Below, piece after piece: positions 38,151 through 51,289 of a stretch of 64,000 bases of DNA. How positions within the stretch are numbered: position 1 is the first letter of the stretch; every line of letters begins with the position of its first letter. The stretch is from contig NC_082731.1 of NCBI RefSeq assembly GCF_030144855.1, positions 25,110,001 to 25,174,000 of the forward strand. The letters run 5' to 3'. Below the pieces are notes generated by a model. That model made no database searches. It saw only the letters and a program-made list of their open reading frames with translations, and had not been told where the DNA came from. The stretch comes from Hypanus sabinus (taxonomy: Eukaryota). The translations under genes and the position numbers were made by a program.

Positions 38151-39282
38151 TTTTCTGTTACTGTAGGATTTTTGTGGCAGCCAGTAACACTGGTGGAATT
38201 TGTAGAGTGTTCTGAAGAGTGAGATTTGTACCCAACCTATTGGGCTTCGTGGTCTTTTAGGCGGGAGATGCAGAGACGAGAAATGCGGGAGTCCCGTAGT
38301 ATTCGATCAGACGGAAGACACGATTGCAAGGAGTTTTTTGCGATAAGAAGTTTAAAATAGGAAACTCCACCGGCAATCGATGATGAAAATTGAGCCACTG
38401 AGCAATGTTCATTGCCCGCTTCTAGAAAATTTGATCTCCAACATTATGTGCACATTCAGACTAGTCCATCAGTAATGGGGCCGTGTTATTTATCTATTTT
38501 TCTTTACCTTAATAACAGTTTGATTAAGCTGAAATTAGCAAATATACTTTCATTACAATTGTTTGCAGTGTTCGATTTTTCTATTTATTGCCAATCGATA
38601 ATTTTCTGTGGATACTATTTACCCATCTTGCATAATTCACCAAAATGCATTGCTTTATTGTAAAGAATTCGTCAACCCAAGTGACATAAATAAGAAGAGT
38701 GGGATGAGGCAGTTCCACTTTAATATGGAAAAAATACTTTTAACCACTGCGTCAATAACTCCACAGAATGTAAATCCAACAGTCGATACAGTCGCTGCGG
38801 TATCCTGAGGTTATTATTATGCATTTGCCCAAGCAATATCATCCGAGGTCAAAGAAACATCAGGTACTGACAGTGAAAGCAACAAACTCGTGAGACGGAG
38901 CCATGATTAAGCTGATTAGAAATTTCACGTGCATCGCAGGTCACCTTGACGTAAGGAACGGATATACAATTGCTTGCCAGAAGGAAAAAAAAAAGACGTT
39001 TGTAGACTCATCAAGCTGCAACAGTTTAATTGACGCAGTATAGTTCAGAAGGCATGGATGGCAAATGCCAGAATATATGAGTATATCTTCATTAAGTACA
39101 AAGTATACTATTACTCGTTTATTCTTCTTTTGTCTCCGCAGTGGTTCAAAATGAAATGCTAACAGCTGGTACCAACGGGCTTAATTAGAGCAAAAATAGA
39201 ACTTGCTTTAAAGTCACAGAAATCACAGCGAGTGCCCTTTTTTCAGCCACAAACAATGTTTTGAATATTTCTGTTTTGCTAT

Positions 39283-39461
39283 NNNNNNNNNNNNNNNNNN
39301 NNNNNNNNNNNNNNNNNNNNNNNNNNNNNNNNNNNNNNNNNNNNNNNNNNNNNNNNNNNNNNNNNNNNNNNNNNNNNNNNNNNNNNNNNNNNNNNNNNNN
39401 NNNNNNNNNNNNNNNNNNNNNNNNNNNNNNNNNNNNNNNNNNNNNNNNNNNNNNNNNNNNN
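39283..39461. other. Assembly gap (N run)
   Basis: 179 N. Confidence 1.
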
Positions 39462-40098
39462 AACATGCAGAGACCAATTGGTCCGTAACAGTTTTGTTAA
39501 TCCTTGAAAAATTAAAATTGTAAAATCGATGAAAAACTCGTTTAGCACTTCATAGCGGTGATGAGCAGAAATGAAGCACTATCTCTCCGTATCATAAAAT
39601 GGCTTTCCTATATTAGAATATGTTGGCATCAAGAATGCATTACAATCCATATCACAAAAATATGCCACATGATGCCACGCGCAGCAAAGTTTTCTCTCTA
39701 TCAGTGTCTTCCTGTCCCAGCCTGCAAGCTATTGGGTATTGATTACGTTTCCATGAGTTAACCTCTGAGAATTGCTTATAGGGAGCGTGAGCATGAGAGA
39801 GTGAGCCGTCATGATGCTTAAGGAACGTATTTAATCCGCCGGTAATTCCACGAGGCTCTTTGCCTACGTTCCATGCAGTCTAATTTGTGATCGGAGTGGA
39901 AGTCGACTGTTCATATTTTTTTTTTCCTTTCTGGATTTGCACGGATGAAACCACCTTTCCCAAGAATTGAGTAGTCTCCAGCAAATGAGAAGGATTTTCC
40001 GCTTCCCAATACCTTACTGCAGATGGGGCCCTGCTGAAATTGCAAGGAAGCCGGAATATCTGTCGGGAAGCTGTTATTTCCAGACGACTCTTGCTCTG

Positions 40099-40169
40099 CG
40101 ATTTTAACCTGACATGAAACACTACGTATGTTTGGATTGAACACAAGGCAGATAAACGATCAAAAACTT
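40099..40169 (+). pseudogene. Pseudo NAR-TCR D segment (cassette B) with decayed 12-RSSs
   Basis: cgattttaa-12-CACTACG, D tatgtttggattgaa (40127-40141), CACAAGG-11/12-(t)caaaaact. Collinear with 61791-61860. Confidence 0.8.
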
Positions 40170-40491
40170 TCGGCCCGGATGAAGTATATATTCCGGTGTC
40201 AGACAATAGATTCATATCTTAGACTACTTTCTCGCCGTGTGCTAGTCAATTCCATTGTACTTTTCCCCTCTCATGATTTTTTCTTTGAGTTTAGCTGTTT
40301 TTTATGGAACGGTCATTAGGAAAGAAAGTTCGGCCATTCTACATTTTTTTTGACAAGTCACTATTCAGGGGTTTGTGGAACACTGATTGTTATTGTAGTT
40401 GTTTTAAAAGTCTGGATTGTTAGCACACTGTCCAGTCATAGCTGCTGATTATACTGAGTTGTCGATTATTCTTGTACTAATGAGTCTGAAA

Positions 40492-40534
40492 ACTAACAAT
40501 GAAGACGGAACTGTGTCCACAATCACAGTCGACT
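40492..40534 (+). pseudogene. Pseudo NAR-TCR J segment (cassette B)
   Basis: Reads TNNEDGTVSTITVD versus TYYEDGPGSTVTVTA in the intact J. The heptamer is deleted and the donor reduced to gtgaac. The downstream intron aligns with 62260-62760. Confidence 0.8.
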
Positions 40535-41908
40535 GTGAACAGGCCAGATTAATAAAAGACCGTTTCTTCAATGTGCTTGCAAGGGCAGTTTTGCTGAAGA
40601 TATCAATTTGATAGAGAGTTCGGAAATAGAAGCTATAACGTTGGGGTTCATGAAAAATAAAGTGTTTTTTTTTTTGCCTGCCATCTACCAGTCCAGGGAA
40701 ATCTACAATCATACGTAAAAAGAGCACATCTCTCTACCCATGCAGTGCAGACAGATCCGCAAGCGTTCTTTCATATATACAGAGTGGCTAATTGTGTTGC
40801 AAAATAACTGTATTGGGGCAGCAGAAGAACTCCTGATCTTGGGTCGGCACTTAGCTCTATCAAGTTTGACAGAACTTCTCAGGGATTTGCAGGATAGATC
40901 CACAGAAAATGTACGTTGGAAGATTGAGAAATAAATCTTTTATCATGAGCAAGTTATAGATGCATCACTCAAGGGAAACACCCCGTTGAGAATGAGCCTG
41001 ACACCCATGTGTAAACTGCAATGCAAGCTGTATATAACAATCTACGTGGTAATATCTTAAGGTGACAGCATATGTGCCAAATGCAGTAAAAGTAGCACAA
41101 GAAGTATCAGGAAAAAAAAATTATGAAAGCTAACTGAATAAGTGAAATGGAGGATGACCTGTCACAGCGATGGGGAAAAAAGATACATTCTGCCAATGCT
41201 GGAAAGGCAAGTAACACATCCAAAATGCAAGATCAACTCAGGATGACAGGAATCATCTGAGAATACCCTGATGAAATGCCTTTGACAGAAATATCATCTG
41301 TTTACTCTTTTACACAGATGTTGTGCAGCGTGACGAGTTCATTCAACCCTGTGGGAATATTACACGGAACGACTAATAAGTTTTACCTCGGGTTGTATAA
41401 AATATTGCAACGTGTGCTCCATGCCCACAGGTCCTCATCAAAGCGTGGAAAACCATTCTTTTCTCTTGGATAAAGAAAAGTCCAACATATTTCTAAAGAG
41501 TGCATCAGTCTTAAAAAAATATATTGTTCAATCCTGTTTCCCATTAGTCCTTCCATTTCAAATATGAAATAAAAAAATATAATTTTACAAAATAGAACTG
41601 GAAGATCCTCCATCTCCCTTGGCATGACCACTGCGAGATTGTTTAACAGATTATCTGCATTTCATTTATTCAATACTCTGAAGTTTCCAGTATTTATATG
41701 TAGTCGCCCTATTCCTCCTCGAGCACCATCTTCCTATTATTTCTCTACAGCAGCAAGTTGGTTCCTGGACTATTTCCCATGAATAAAAACTATGTTGGAC
41801 ACATTGCAAACAAAACCAGCTGGTGTGAGTTCATTACGATTTCAATTGAGTGGCAGACACAGTAACGTCAGTCAAGTTATATTGGTTGACTCTTTTAAAT
41901 TCCTTCAG

Positions 41909-42211
41909 ATCCCAGATCGTTGGTGTCTAAGAGTCCACTTTTACAATCTTCTTATTCTGATGACGTCGACAATTTAAATGCGAGTATTCGGGTTTTGTAC
42001 ATACACGTTGCACAGCTATCGGCAGCTCCAAGCAGAACCATCAAAACCTGTGCCTCAGAGATATCCCACCGGAGAACAGGATAACAAAATGCTGCCGAAA
42101 TTCACTGTTTTTCTTGCCTCGACCGTGACGAGAAAATCAGCATGTTAATGATCTGGAAACTTCAACTGAGCGACTAGGCTTTGTATCAATGCGCAATAAT
42201 TCAACAAATAG
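41909..42211 (+). pseudogene. TRDV: Pseudo supporting TCR-delta V (cassette B)
   Basis: Acceptor ttccttcag|at, then DPRSLVSKSP.... Three frameshifts, W->S, TAG at 42175-42177 (SD*ALYQCAI). CDR1 Cys retained (41996-41998); heptamer decayed to CACAGGA (42212-42218). Confidence 0.92.
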
Positions 42212-44179
42212 CACAGGAATATACAGGAGGAAGGTAGTAGAAAGGAGTTGGATAAAGACATGCACGTGCCGTCTGCAGAGAAGAGACTGACTTTCCTGCA
42301 CTAATCTTCCGCTTTCAAAAAGACGCAAAGATAACTATTAACATCCATTCATGAGCTGACGTCTTTTCGAATGTTTTCGCGCCTTTAATTAAAGCGAAAT
42401 ATCGCTGTTAAACAGCCGGAAGTTTTCAGCATCTTTCAGTTCCGAATGAGTGTTCCGTCAGCCGTTACTGGAGCAAATACATTGTGGTGAACAGAATACA
42501 TATCGAAATTTCTCAGCTGATGACTTTATTGCACGGGCACATAAATTGACCAGTGAAATTAACTTTTTCAGTTACTTACAGACAGAGGAGGTGATCATTA
42601 CTCTCCGCAGTTGCAGTCAAGGTGCCCCAAAGTACAAAGGGAATAACCGTGTAAGACAAGTTAAAATATAACAATAAATGAACATGAACGTTCCACCATA
42701 ATCCCACAAAATCTTCGGCACAAGAGCACTAAATTGTGCTAACAATGAAGAATGATGGGGTGGGCTTTGGACTGCACTCTCGAGTGCCAAAATATGCCGA
42801 CAGTAATAATGAATAAAATATGCTTATGAAAATCACTGTTACCGAGACAATGAACACGTATCTATAAGGTAACTGAGGCCGATAGCAATGAATAGAATTA
42901 TCTATGTGTTTCTCGAACTGGATCTTTGCAGAGCTATAGATCTTCTCACGCGCTTTTACAATTTATATCCAATCAAATGAATGGGAGAACGCCATATTAT
43001 TACTAAAACATCCTTGCATGAATCTACTGAAGTTGATACCGATAATACTGTGTACCTCTACACCGCTAAGAATCGTTCTGATAACCTTGTACTCAAACTT
43101 TGTTCGATCTTCAAATGTTCGTTATTTCCAACTTATTTCCTTTTTATTTTTTTTTTTCATTTCTCCACCCAACTGTACAAACTGTTGTCAAAAGAGACAA
43201 CAATAATGCTATTTCTTTTCTTCCATATCCAAGTCATTACATATCACTACAGAATGCTTATCGTCACAAATAGTGAGGATCTGGAAACAGTTACCCAATA
43301 AACATCTCTAATTCCTGAAATTGGGGCATAACAAGTTCCAGCTACAACCTCCAAAGTCCTTCCGAGGGCACGAGAATTCAGAATCCAGTCCTCTCATAGC
43401 CCGTGTATCCCATTTATCGTGCACTTCGCGATGAACGCCACGAACCTTCATGGGTCCTTTTATTCTCTGCACGGTTGATTTTCTGTGCTGCACAGGACAT
43501 GACCTGTTACTGAGTGCGTCCGGCGGTGAATGATTTATGCAGCAAAACCGTACAGAACGGCAAACCGAGTGTTCAGAGCTGTCCCAACTTTCACGCCCTC
43601 CCTATTGTCCAGTCCGTCATAGCCATTGGACTCTTCCACAAATAAGTATGGAATGAGAGCATCAACAAAACACTAAAGTTCAGAGTATCAGCACTAAACT
43701 CATTTAATCTATTAGATCCAATTAATATGTTTTAATGCGTGTGAGGCCTGCCATTGAACTCATGAAAACGCTGGTATATATAAACGAGTTTCTGATGTAT
43801 GTAGAAGAACTGACTATAAGACCCTGGGAGAAGAATTGAGCTATTTGACGTTTCGACATTGAGTCTAAGCTGTGACAAACTTACGACTCAAGTAGATATT
43901 TACTTCTGCTTGAAATTTACGGTACATTTTGTCCACAGTAGTTTGTTGCTAGGAATCCTACACACACACAATCTGGCAAATACGTTTCCACTTTAATCTG
44001 CAGGATGTTCTTTTTTTTTGTTTCTCAGCTGCGTTCCCCTTAGGCTCAATTTTCTCGCTGCTGGAAATATCCGCCGGACGTCCACTGTACTCTGTCCATT
44101 TTTATGTACGTTATGTTACAAGGAGATTGCTATTGCTCTATTCGAAAGAACAATAAAACTTTCCAACTACGGCATATAT

Positions 44180-44900
44180 TTCATCCCAGGGTCATTCCCG
44201 TAAGTCTCTGAGTTTCTCAGTTCAAAACCTGCACATCCTTCTTTTGGACTTTGAGCATAAAACTTTTCAGAGCTGCAGACGTAGTACAAGTTAGCCCTTG
44301 TAAACAAACAACGCTATATCCCTGTTGTTATTTTGCACTCCTATCAAGAGACTTTGTCTTATTTGGTGTCTCAAACTTCAGGTTAACCATCACGGAATAA
44401 AGCACGAGCACTATCAAGATTGCTTACACTTCAGTTTTTCCGAATTCTTCCCCAATTTATAACATACTCAACGACTTTCATACTGTGATCAAATTGCATT
44501 GCTGTACAGCTCCCTACAGCTTGTTACATTGGCTACTAGGTTGCCCATTGTCGTAATTTGTCCCCGCTCCTCTCAGTGCCCATTGACACCTCAGCAGTAG
44601 CTAATACCTCACCTGTTTTTGTATCATACGCAACCTCGGCATAAAAAGCCATCTAATTTGTTGTGAATACGGCTAATGTAACGGTGCCAATAGCGATACT
44701 TGCTGACCACCACTAGTCACACATCAACTAGAATAACTCCGGCCTTTGCCTTCAGCTATCTAGTCAATCTTCTATGACCGGTAGCACCGTTTCTATAAGA
44801 CCGCTGACACCAATCGTAATCGTTAGCTGGCCTGCAACTCCCGTCGAAGGCCACTGATTCTCATTTATAGTTAGAGATACCGGTGCATTAATATGAAGTT
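44180..44900 (-). mobile_element. Degenerate CR1 fragment
   Basis: Resembles the minus-strand CR1 3' regions at 12.6-13.5 kb and 34.4-35.1 kb. Confidence 0.5.
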
Positions 44901-44929
44901 CTCACTTAATTGTAGACATTACTTTCAGC

Positions 44930-45046
44930 AGACTGAGAATCTTGAGTATTTAGATATTAAGAAAAAAAATTGAGTTGGTGCATTTGAAAGATTCCAGTTG
45001 GATAAGTCGCCGAAGCCGAATGTGTTTTACCCTAGGCTACGGAGTG
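44930..45046 (+). mobile_element. CR1 ORF2 fragment split by the Gmr1 element; resumes at 51021-~51270
   Basis: DKSP.P...YPRL on the left continues as ASEQIAG...PED.RI.DVV.IFKK..RDSPGNYR.MSLTSVVG.LMEK on the right. Confidence 0.75.
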
Positions 45047-48000
45047 TGATTTCATGTACCCGTGATTATCATGTACCTATCACGTGTCCATGATGTCCTT
45101 GAAGCAATGCTGGACATGAGGTAATGGTCTTGGATTGGGGGAGTAACGTCATTTTCCCCCCAGTCAGGGGACATTCGGAAGTATTTATTCAATAGGGGAT
45201 ACAAGGAGAACCCCACCCCGTGACGTGGGTAGTTCGTGGCTGAATTCGCCACTGAGTCCATGCTGCTGCGTATTATGACGCAGTTTCGTTTAAAAGTGGA
45301 GCTTTACTTTGTGTTTTAAGTCTCAAAATTATTGCCGGCAGGTTTGATGCAGTACTGCCAGTTAAAAGTAAGTCGAGAGAGAAGACTTGTCGAAGTTCGG
45401 AAAGTTGAAAGATTGAGGAAATTTAATGTCAGCTGTGAAGAAGCTTCGACCTTTATTTTGTCTTTGCACATAGAATTAATAACCTGTGTCGATATTAACT
45501 CCTGCTATACCAAAAAAAAAACAGAAAGGGTTGGATGCAAAGTTTTGCCAAGGGAAGTTCAATGTCTTTAACCCGTTTTATTTCCGTCGATCATAAACTC
45601 TCAGGCGAATAACATACTTCGGCTGGGCTTAGCAGCAACTCCACAAAAGAGAATTTATATAATTTTCTAGAAGTCTGTCCTTTAACGAACTCTGTATGCA
45701 TTTGGAATTCCACATTACTACTTCCAAGATCTAGTTAAGCTTTATCACTTAAGAACTGTTTGCACATTCTGACTTTAGGAACTGTTCGATCTCCCGTATC
45801 GCCGCTGACATCCGGTTAAATGTCTCGCATGTTTACTTTTTTTCAGCAGTGTTAACAAATATTTTATTTATTATTAAACACATGTCTCAATTATTTATAT
45901 ATATATATGAATTATATATTAATTGTTGCTGGTTTTTAACAAATGTGGGCTCATGCGAACTGAATCCAGTTTTGATTTTAAATGCTTGTTTCATTTTTGA
46001 TCGGTGTTTTGGAAAAGGGAAATACTCGATTCTATTGTTTGATTGGATTGTGTATTGATGATTTGCTGGCTTCGCCAAACGCGGAGTTATAAGCGACGGC
46101 GAAAAAAAATATGTTGTATTTGAGATTGCTAGAGAAGGCAAAGCGGAACAGGTTTACACAGCTTTAACAGCTGAGCAAGCACTTGATTATGACATTGTGA
46201 AGCAGCAAATATTGAAGAAATGTGAGTTGTCCCAGAAGCTTATAGAGATAGATTTGGAAAGATGAAGAAATCTGTGGAGAAAACGTATGTGGAATTTCCT
46301 ATGATAAAGCTGTGTGTTTTGAGAGAAGGATTTATTCTAAAAATGTAAATGGGGAATATAATAAATTGAAAGAACTTATTTTAATGGAGGAACTTAAAAG
46401 AAGCATTCCTGATGAGATAAGGATATACTTAAAAGAGTGAGACACTGCTACATTGCAGGACTCTGCTAAATTAGCTGATGAGTATGCTTTAATTCATGAG
46501 AATAAAATTTCTCAGGGCAGTATTCTTAAAAGGAGAAATAACCTAATGAATCAAAGTAAACAAGAAATTCAATCGGAAGTTAGTGAGACGGGTAAAGAGG
46601 AAGGAACACCTGTGAAGGAAAGACAGTTTGGTCTATTTTGTAATAATTGTAAGAAACCTGGTCATGGAATAGCTAACTGTTTCCGATTGAAAAAAGAAAG
46701 AGAAGGAAGCAGTCCCAGCTGCTTGTGTGCAACATACTGAAACACCTGAAAATTCACAGGGTTTGATAAATACAAATGGGGTTTTGTTAGAGTCGGACCA
46801 AGTTAGAAGGGGATATATTCATTTTATAACTGAACGGTTTGTATCCTTGAATGAAGAATCTACTCCTGTGCTAAGAAAAATCCATAGGGATACTGGAGCT
46901 TCTCAGTCATTGATGTTAGACAGTGTGTTAAAGTATAATGAAGAAACTGATACTGGTGAGATAAATTATATACTCTTTTTTTGGGAGTGCCGTTTGCCTG
47001 TACACCTGCACAAAATGAATTTAAAGTCACGGTAAAGTTAAAGGAATTTATTAAAGTAGGATTACAATCTAGCTTACAGGTGAAGGATATTTCTTTATTA
47101 TTAAGTAATGATTTGGCAGGAGGACATTCTTTTTCCTGAAGAGCATTTGACAATAAAATTAGAGTAACCACAGATGGGTTCTTGCACAGATTCTTCCTGT
47201 GTTGTAACTCGAGCTATGGCTAAAAAGATTGATATGCAGAATGAGGTTGTTACCTGTGACTGTTCAACTCTGAATTCGACTTTTCCGGATGTGTGCGAAG
47301 CTTTCTAAACTTCATTGTCTGAACAAGATTCTGCGACTAAGTCTGACCATGAAGATTTGACTCTGTCTCGGAAGGAGATGACAGCAGAGCAGAATGAGAC
47401 CCGAGATTGTAAAATTAAATGAAAAAAACTCAACCAGATAGTGCAATTGAGAAGTTGCCAGAAGGATATTATTTTGAAATAGGAGTGATAATGAGGAAGT
47501 TGAGATCACCCACAATTCCTGCAAGTGATGAATGCAATACTTTTTTATCAGTTAGTTATTCCTAAAGTTTACCTAAATGCGATTTTAACTGCAGCTCATA
47601 GAGTGCCCTTAGGTGGACATCAAGAATTAAGGTAAACTGTGCATAAGATTTTGAAATATTTTTTACTGTCCTAGTTTAAGAAAAGATGTGGCGATGTTTT
47701 GTTGAACGTGCCATACTTGTCAAATTGTGGGCAAACCAAATAAAGTTAGATCAGTGGCTCCATTACAAACTATGCCAGCATTCGGTGAACCGTTTTCTAA
47801 AAATATTATAGATTGTGTTGGTCTATTACCAAAAACAACAACTGGTTATTAGTACTTGTTGACTATCATGTGCACTGCGTCTATGTTTCCAGAGGCAATA
47901 CCACTTGGGAATATAACAGCTAAAACGGTAACAAGGGCTCTTATAAAATTCTTTATTTATTTTGGGTTGCCTAAGGAAATACAATCTGATCCAGACAGTA

Positions 48001-51000
48001 ATTTTAAGTCTGGATTGTTTCAACAGATACTTTATAAAAGATTAGCTAAGCAAATCACTTCGTCTGCATACCATGCAGAATCGCAAGGTGCCTTGGAGAG
48101 GTTTCATTCTACCCTCAAAAATATGATTGTGGCGGATTGTGTGGAGTCTGAAAGTGATTGGAATGAGGGTATACACATATTTCTATTTGCAGTAAGGGAA
48201 TCAGTAAAAGAATCCTTAAGTTTCAGTCCATTTGAACTTGTATTTGGGTATACAGTTAGAGGACCTTTAACCTGGCGTTAAGATGCTAGTTCTTTTCACA
48301 AGCTAGATTTCATTGTACTTATGAAATTGTGCCTCAAAGCAATTATGTGGATTATGTGATAAAAAACTCCAGATCGCAGAAGGCTAAAACAACTTTGCCA
48401 TATAAATATTATAAAGCCATATTATGAGAAACTGTCCACTACTATGACTTTTGTGAACAAACGATAATGAGTCTGATCTCACGAAGGACATAATGTATGA
48501 TTCATCTAAAACTTATTCTGAATCTAACGTTGTTTCTATCAGATTATCAAACTCAACCATTCATGAAAACATTGATGGGAAATTAGCACACTTACAGCCA
48601 GAGCAGAAACAGCAAATGAAACAATTAATTTGTAAATATAACGACTTGTATGCAGACGTTCCAAGGAGGGCCACTGTATCTTCACATGATGGGCATGTTG
48701 GAGATGCCAAACCCATTAAACAACATAAATATAGGATGAATATGGATAAAAGTGAAATTACTGAGAAAGAAATTAAATATATGCTACAGAATAACATTAT
48801 TCGACCTTCTACCTAGAACTGGAGTACACATTGTGTTATGGCGCGAAAACCAGACTGTAGTAGTAGGTTTTGTACGGACTTTATGAAGGTGAATGTTGTA
48901 ACGAAAACAGATGCATATCTAATTCCTAGAGTAGATGATTGTGTAGGTAAAGTGGGAAAATCAAATCTCCTTTCAAATATTTAATAATTCAAAAGGTATT
49001 GATGTGTTCCAATAACGTATAGAGATAGTGAGATATTAGCTGCATCTGGATTATATTAATATAATGTTCTTCCATTTGGGTTGATGAATGACCCAGGTAC
49101 TTTCCAGAGAATGATTAACTCTGTGTTTCAGGGATTGAAAGATACAAATGCTTATATTTACGTTTTAGTGACCGGAAATTATACTTGGAAAGCACACATT
49201 ATTGCAGTGGAGAAATTGTTTGAAGGGCTTTGAAAAGCTAACTTAACTATTAATGTAGCTAAATGTGAATTCGAACATTCCACTATAACTTATCTTGGTT
49301 ATGTTGTGGGTCAGTGTACGTTAGCTCCTGTTCAGGCAAATGTTCAAGCATTTTCTTCAGATTCCCACCCCAACTGGAAAGAAAACCTCTCACAAGATTC
49401 TTGGGAATGGAAGGATATTATCGAAAATTTTGTAAGAATTTTGCTCATGTGGCCTTTCCATTAATTAACCTCTTGAAGAAGAATGAAAAGTTTGTGTGAA
49501 GAGTGCCTTGTCAAGAAGCATTTGAGAATTTGAAAACTATGATATGCCAACAACATGTGCTCAAGGCACGTGACTTTGACAAACCCTTTTCCTTAGCTGT
49601 ACATGCAAGCGATTAGGTTGCAGGAGCAGTATTATTGCAAAGAAATGAGGGTGATGGGTTTGATCATCCCGTGGGCTACTTTTCTAAGAAATTTAAAAAA
49701 AAAACTTCAAAAGAGCTATTCGACAATAGGGATTGAATTGTTATCTCTTGTTTCGGCCTTAGAACATTTCGACGTATGAGTTGGTACGACGCAAAAGAAA
49801 CATCGTTTAAACTGATCACAATCCGTTAGTGTTTCTGAGTAAGATGAAAAACTAAAACAGAAGGCTATTAAATTGCAATTTTATGTTACAAGAGTACAAT
49901 ATTTTGATAACTCATATTAAAGGTAAAGATAATGTGATTGCTTATCGTCTATCTCGATGTTGAATGTACAATGTAATTGTTTATGGATTGATGTTTTAAC
50001 ATTTGTAACCCTCCTGTGTAATAATTTGTAAGTTGATGTATGATAATATATGTATGTTGTAAATTTTGTACATTTGTATATTTTTTGTAAATAGATAATT
50101 TTCGGCATTTTGAGCTTGACAGATCAAAAAATTGTTTTGGAGGGAGGTGTTAAGTACCCGTGGGTATCTTGTACCTGTCACGTGACCGTGATGCAATTGC
50201 AATGAGGAAATGGCCTTGTGATGGGGGATTGACGGCATTTTCACGCCAATGAGATGTCATGTGATTGTATTTTTTCAACAGGGTATAAAAGAAGAACCCC
50301 ACCTTGTAACTTGGGCGGTTCGTGGCTGAATTCGCCACTGACTCTATGCTGCTGTGTATTCCGATATTGTGACGCAGTTTCGTTTAAAGTGTTTTACTTT
50401 CTATTTTAAGTCTCAAAGGTTTTTGCCGGCAGCTCAGCAACAAAACTGTCAGTTAAAGTCAAGTCGGAGAGTGAAGACTTGCCGAAGTTCGGGAAGTTGA
50501 AAGATCGATGAAAGTTAATGTCAGCTGTAAAGCAGGTTCCATCTTTGTTTAATCTTCGCATAAGGAATTAGTAACCTGTGACAATGTTAACAACTGCTTT
50601 GTTACAAAAAAAGAACAGAAAAATTTGGATACAACGATTCACCAATGAAAGGGCAGTCCATTTAAGCCGTTTGATTTCCGTCAATCGTAACTCGTCCGGG
50701 GAATACCATACTTTGGCTGGCATCATCAGCGACTCCACAAAAGAGAATTTAAATAATTTTCGATAAGTCTCTCCTTTAACGGACTGTGTAAGCATTTGGA
50801 CTTTCGCATTACTACTTCCAAGAACTGCTTTCGCAATATCGCTTTGAGAACCATTTTCACATTTTCGCTTTAACAACTGTTCGAGCTGCCGTATCACATC
50901 TGATTTCTGGTAATATCTACCGTTTATTTGCTTTTGGGTTTTTTAGCAGTGTTTAATAAATGTTTTCTTTGTTATAAAAACCTGTCTCAATTATATATTC

Positions 51001-51020
51001 ATTGTTTCCGATTTGTAACA
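45047..51020 (+). mobile_element. Gmr1-clade Gypsy LTR retrotransposon (old, defective)
   Basis: LTRs at ~45047-45941 and 50148-51020; PPT ggagggagg 50139-50147. Gag with CCHC (CNNCKKPGHGIANC), PR (RDTGASQSL ~46885), IN (47500-48280: EIQSD, SAYH.ESQGALERFH), then RT (48600-49500) and RNase H (49560-49960). Confidence 0.9.
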
Positions 51021-51289
51021 GTGGCGAGTGAGCAGATTGCTGGTCCTGCGTTGATGATCTTTCCATCACCGATAGGGACGGCTGAGATTCCAGAGGATAG
51101 CAGGATTACGGATGTTGTTCTTATATTCAAGAAAAGGTGTAGAGATAGCCCAGGAAACTATAGACTAATGAGTCTTACATCGGTGGTTGGTAGGTTGATG
51201 GAGAAGGTCCAGAAAAGCAGAGTTTATAAACATTTGGATGGGTTAATATGATTAGGAATAGTCAACATGGCTTTATCTTTTCCAATATT

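Noticed and set aside
39810-39830. RAG-mediated germline deletion as the cause of the missing NAR V in cassette B
   Set aside because: The breakpoint is not at a heptamer border, and no signal or coding joint is visible.
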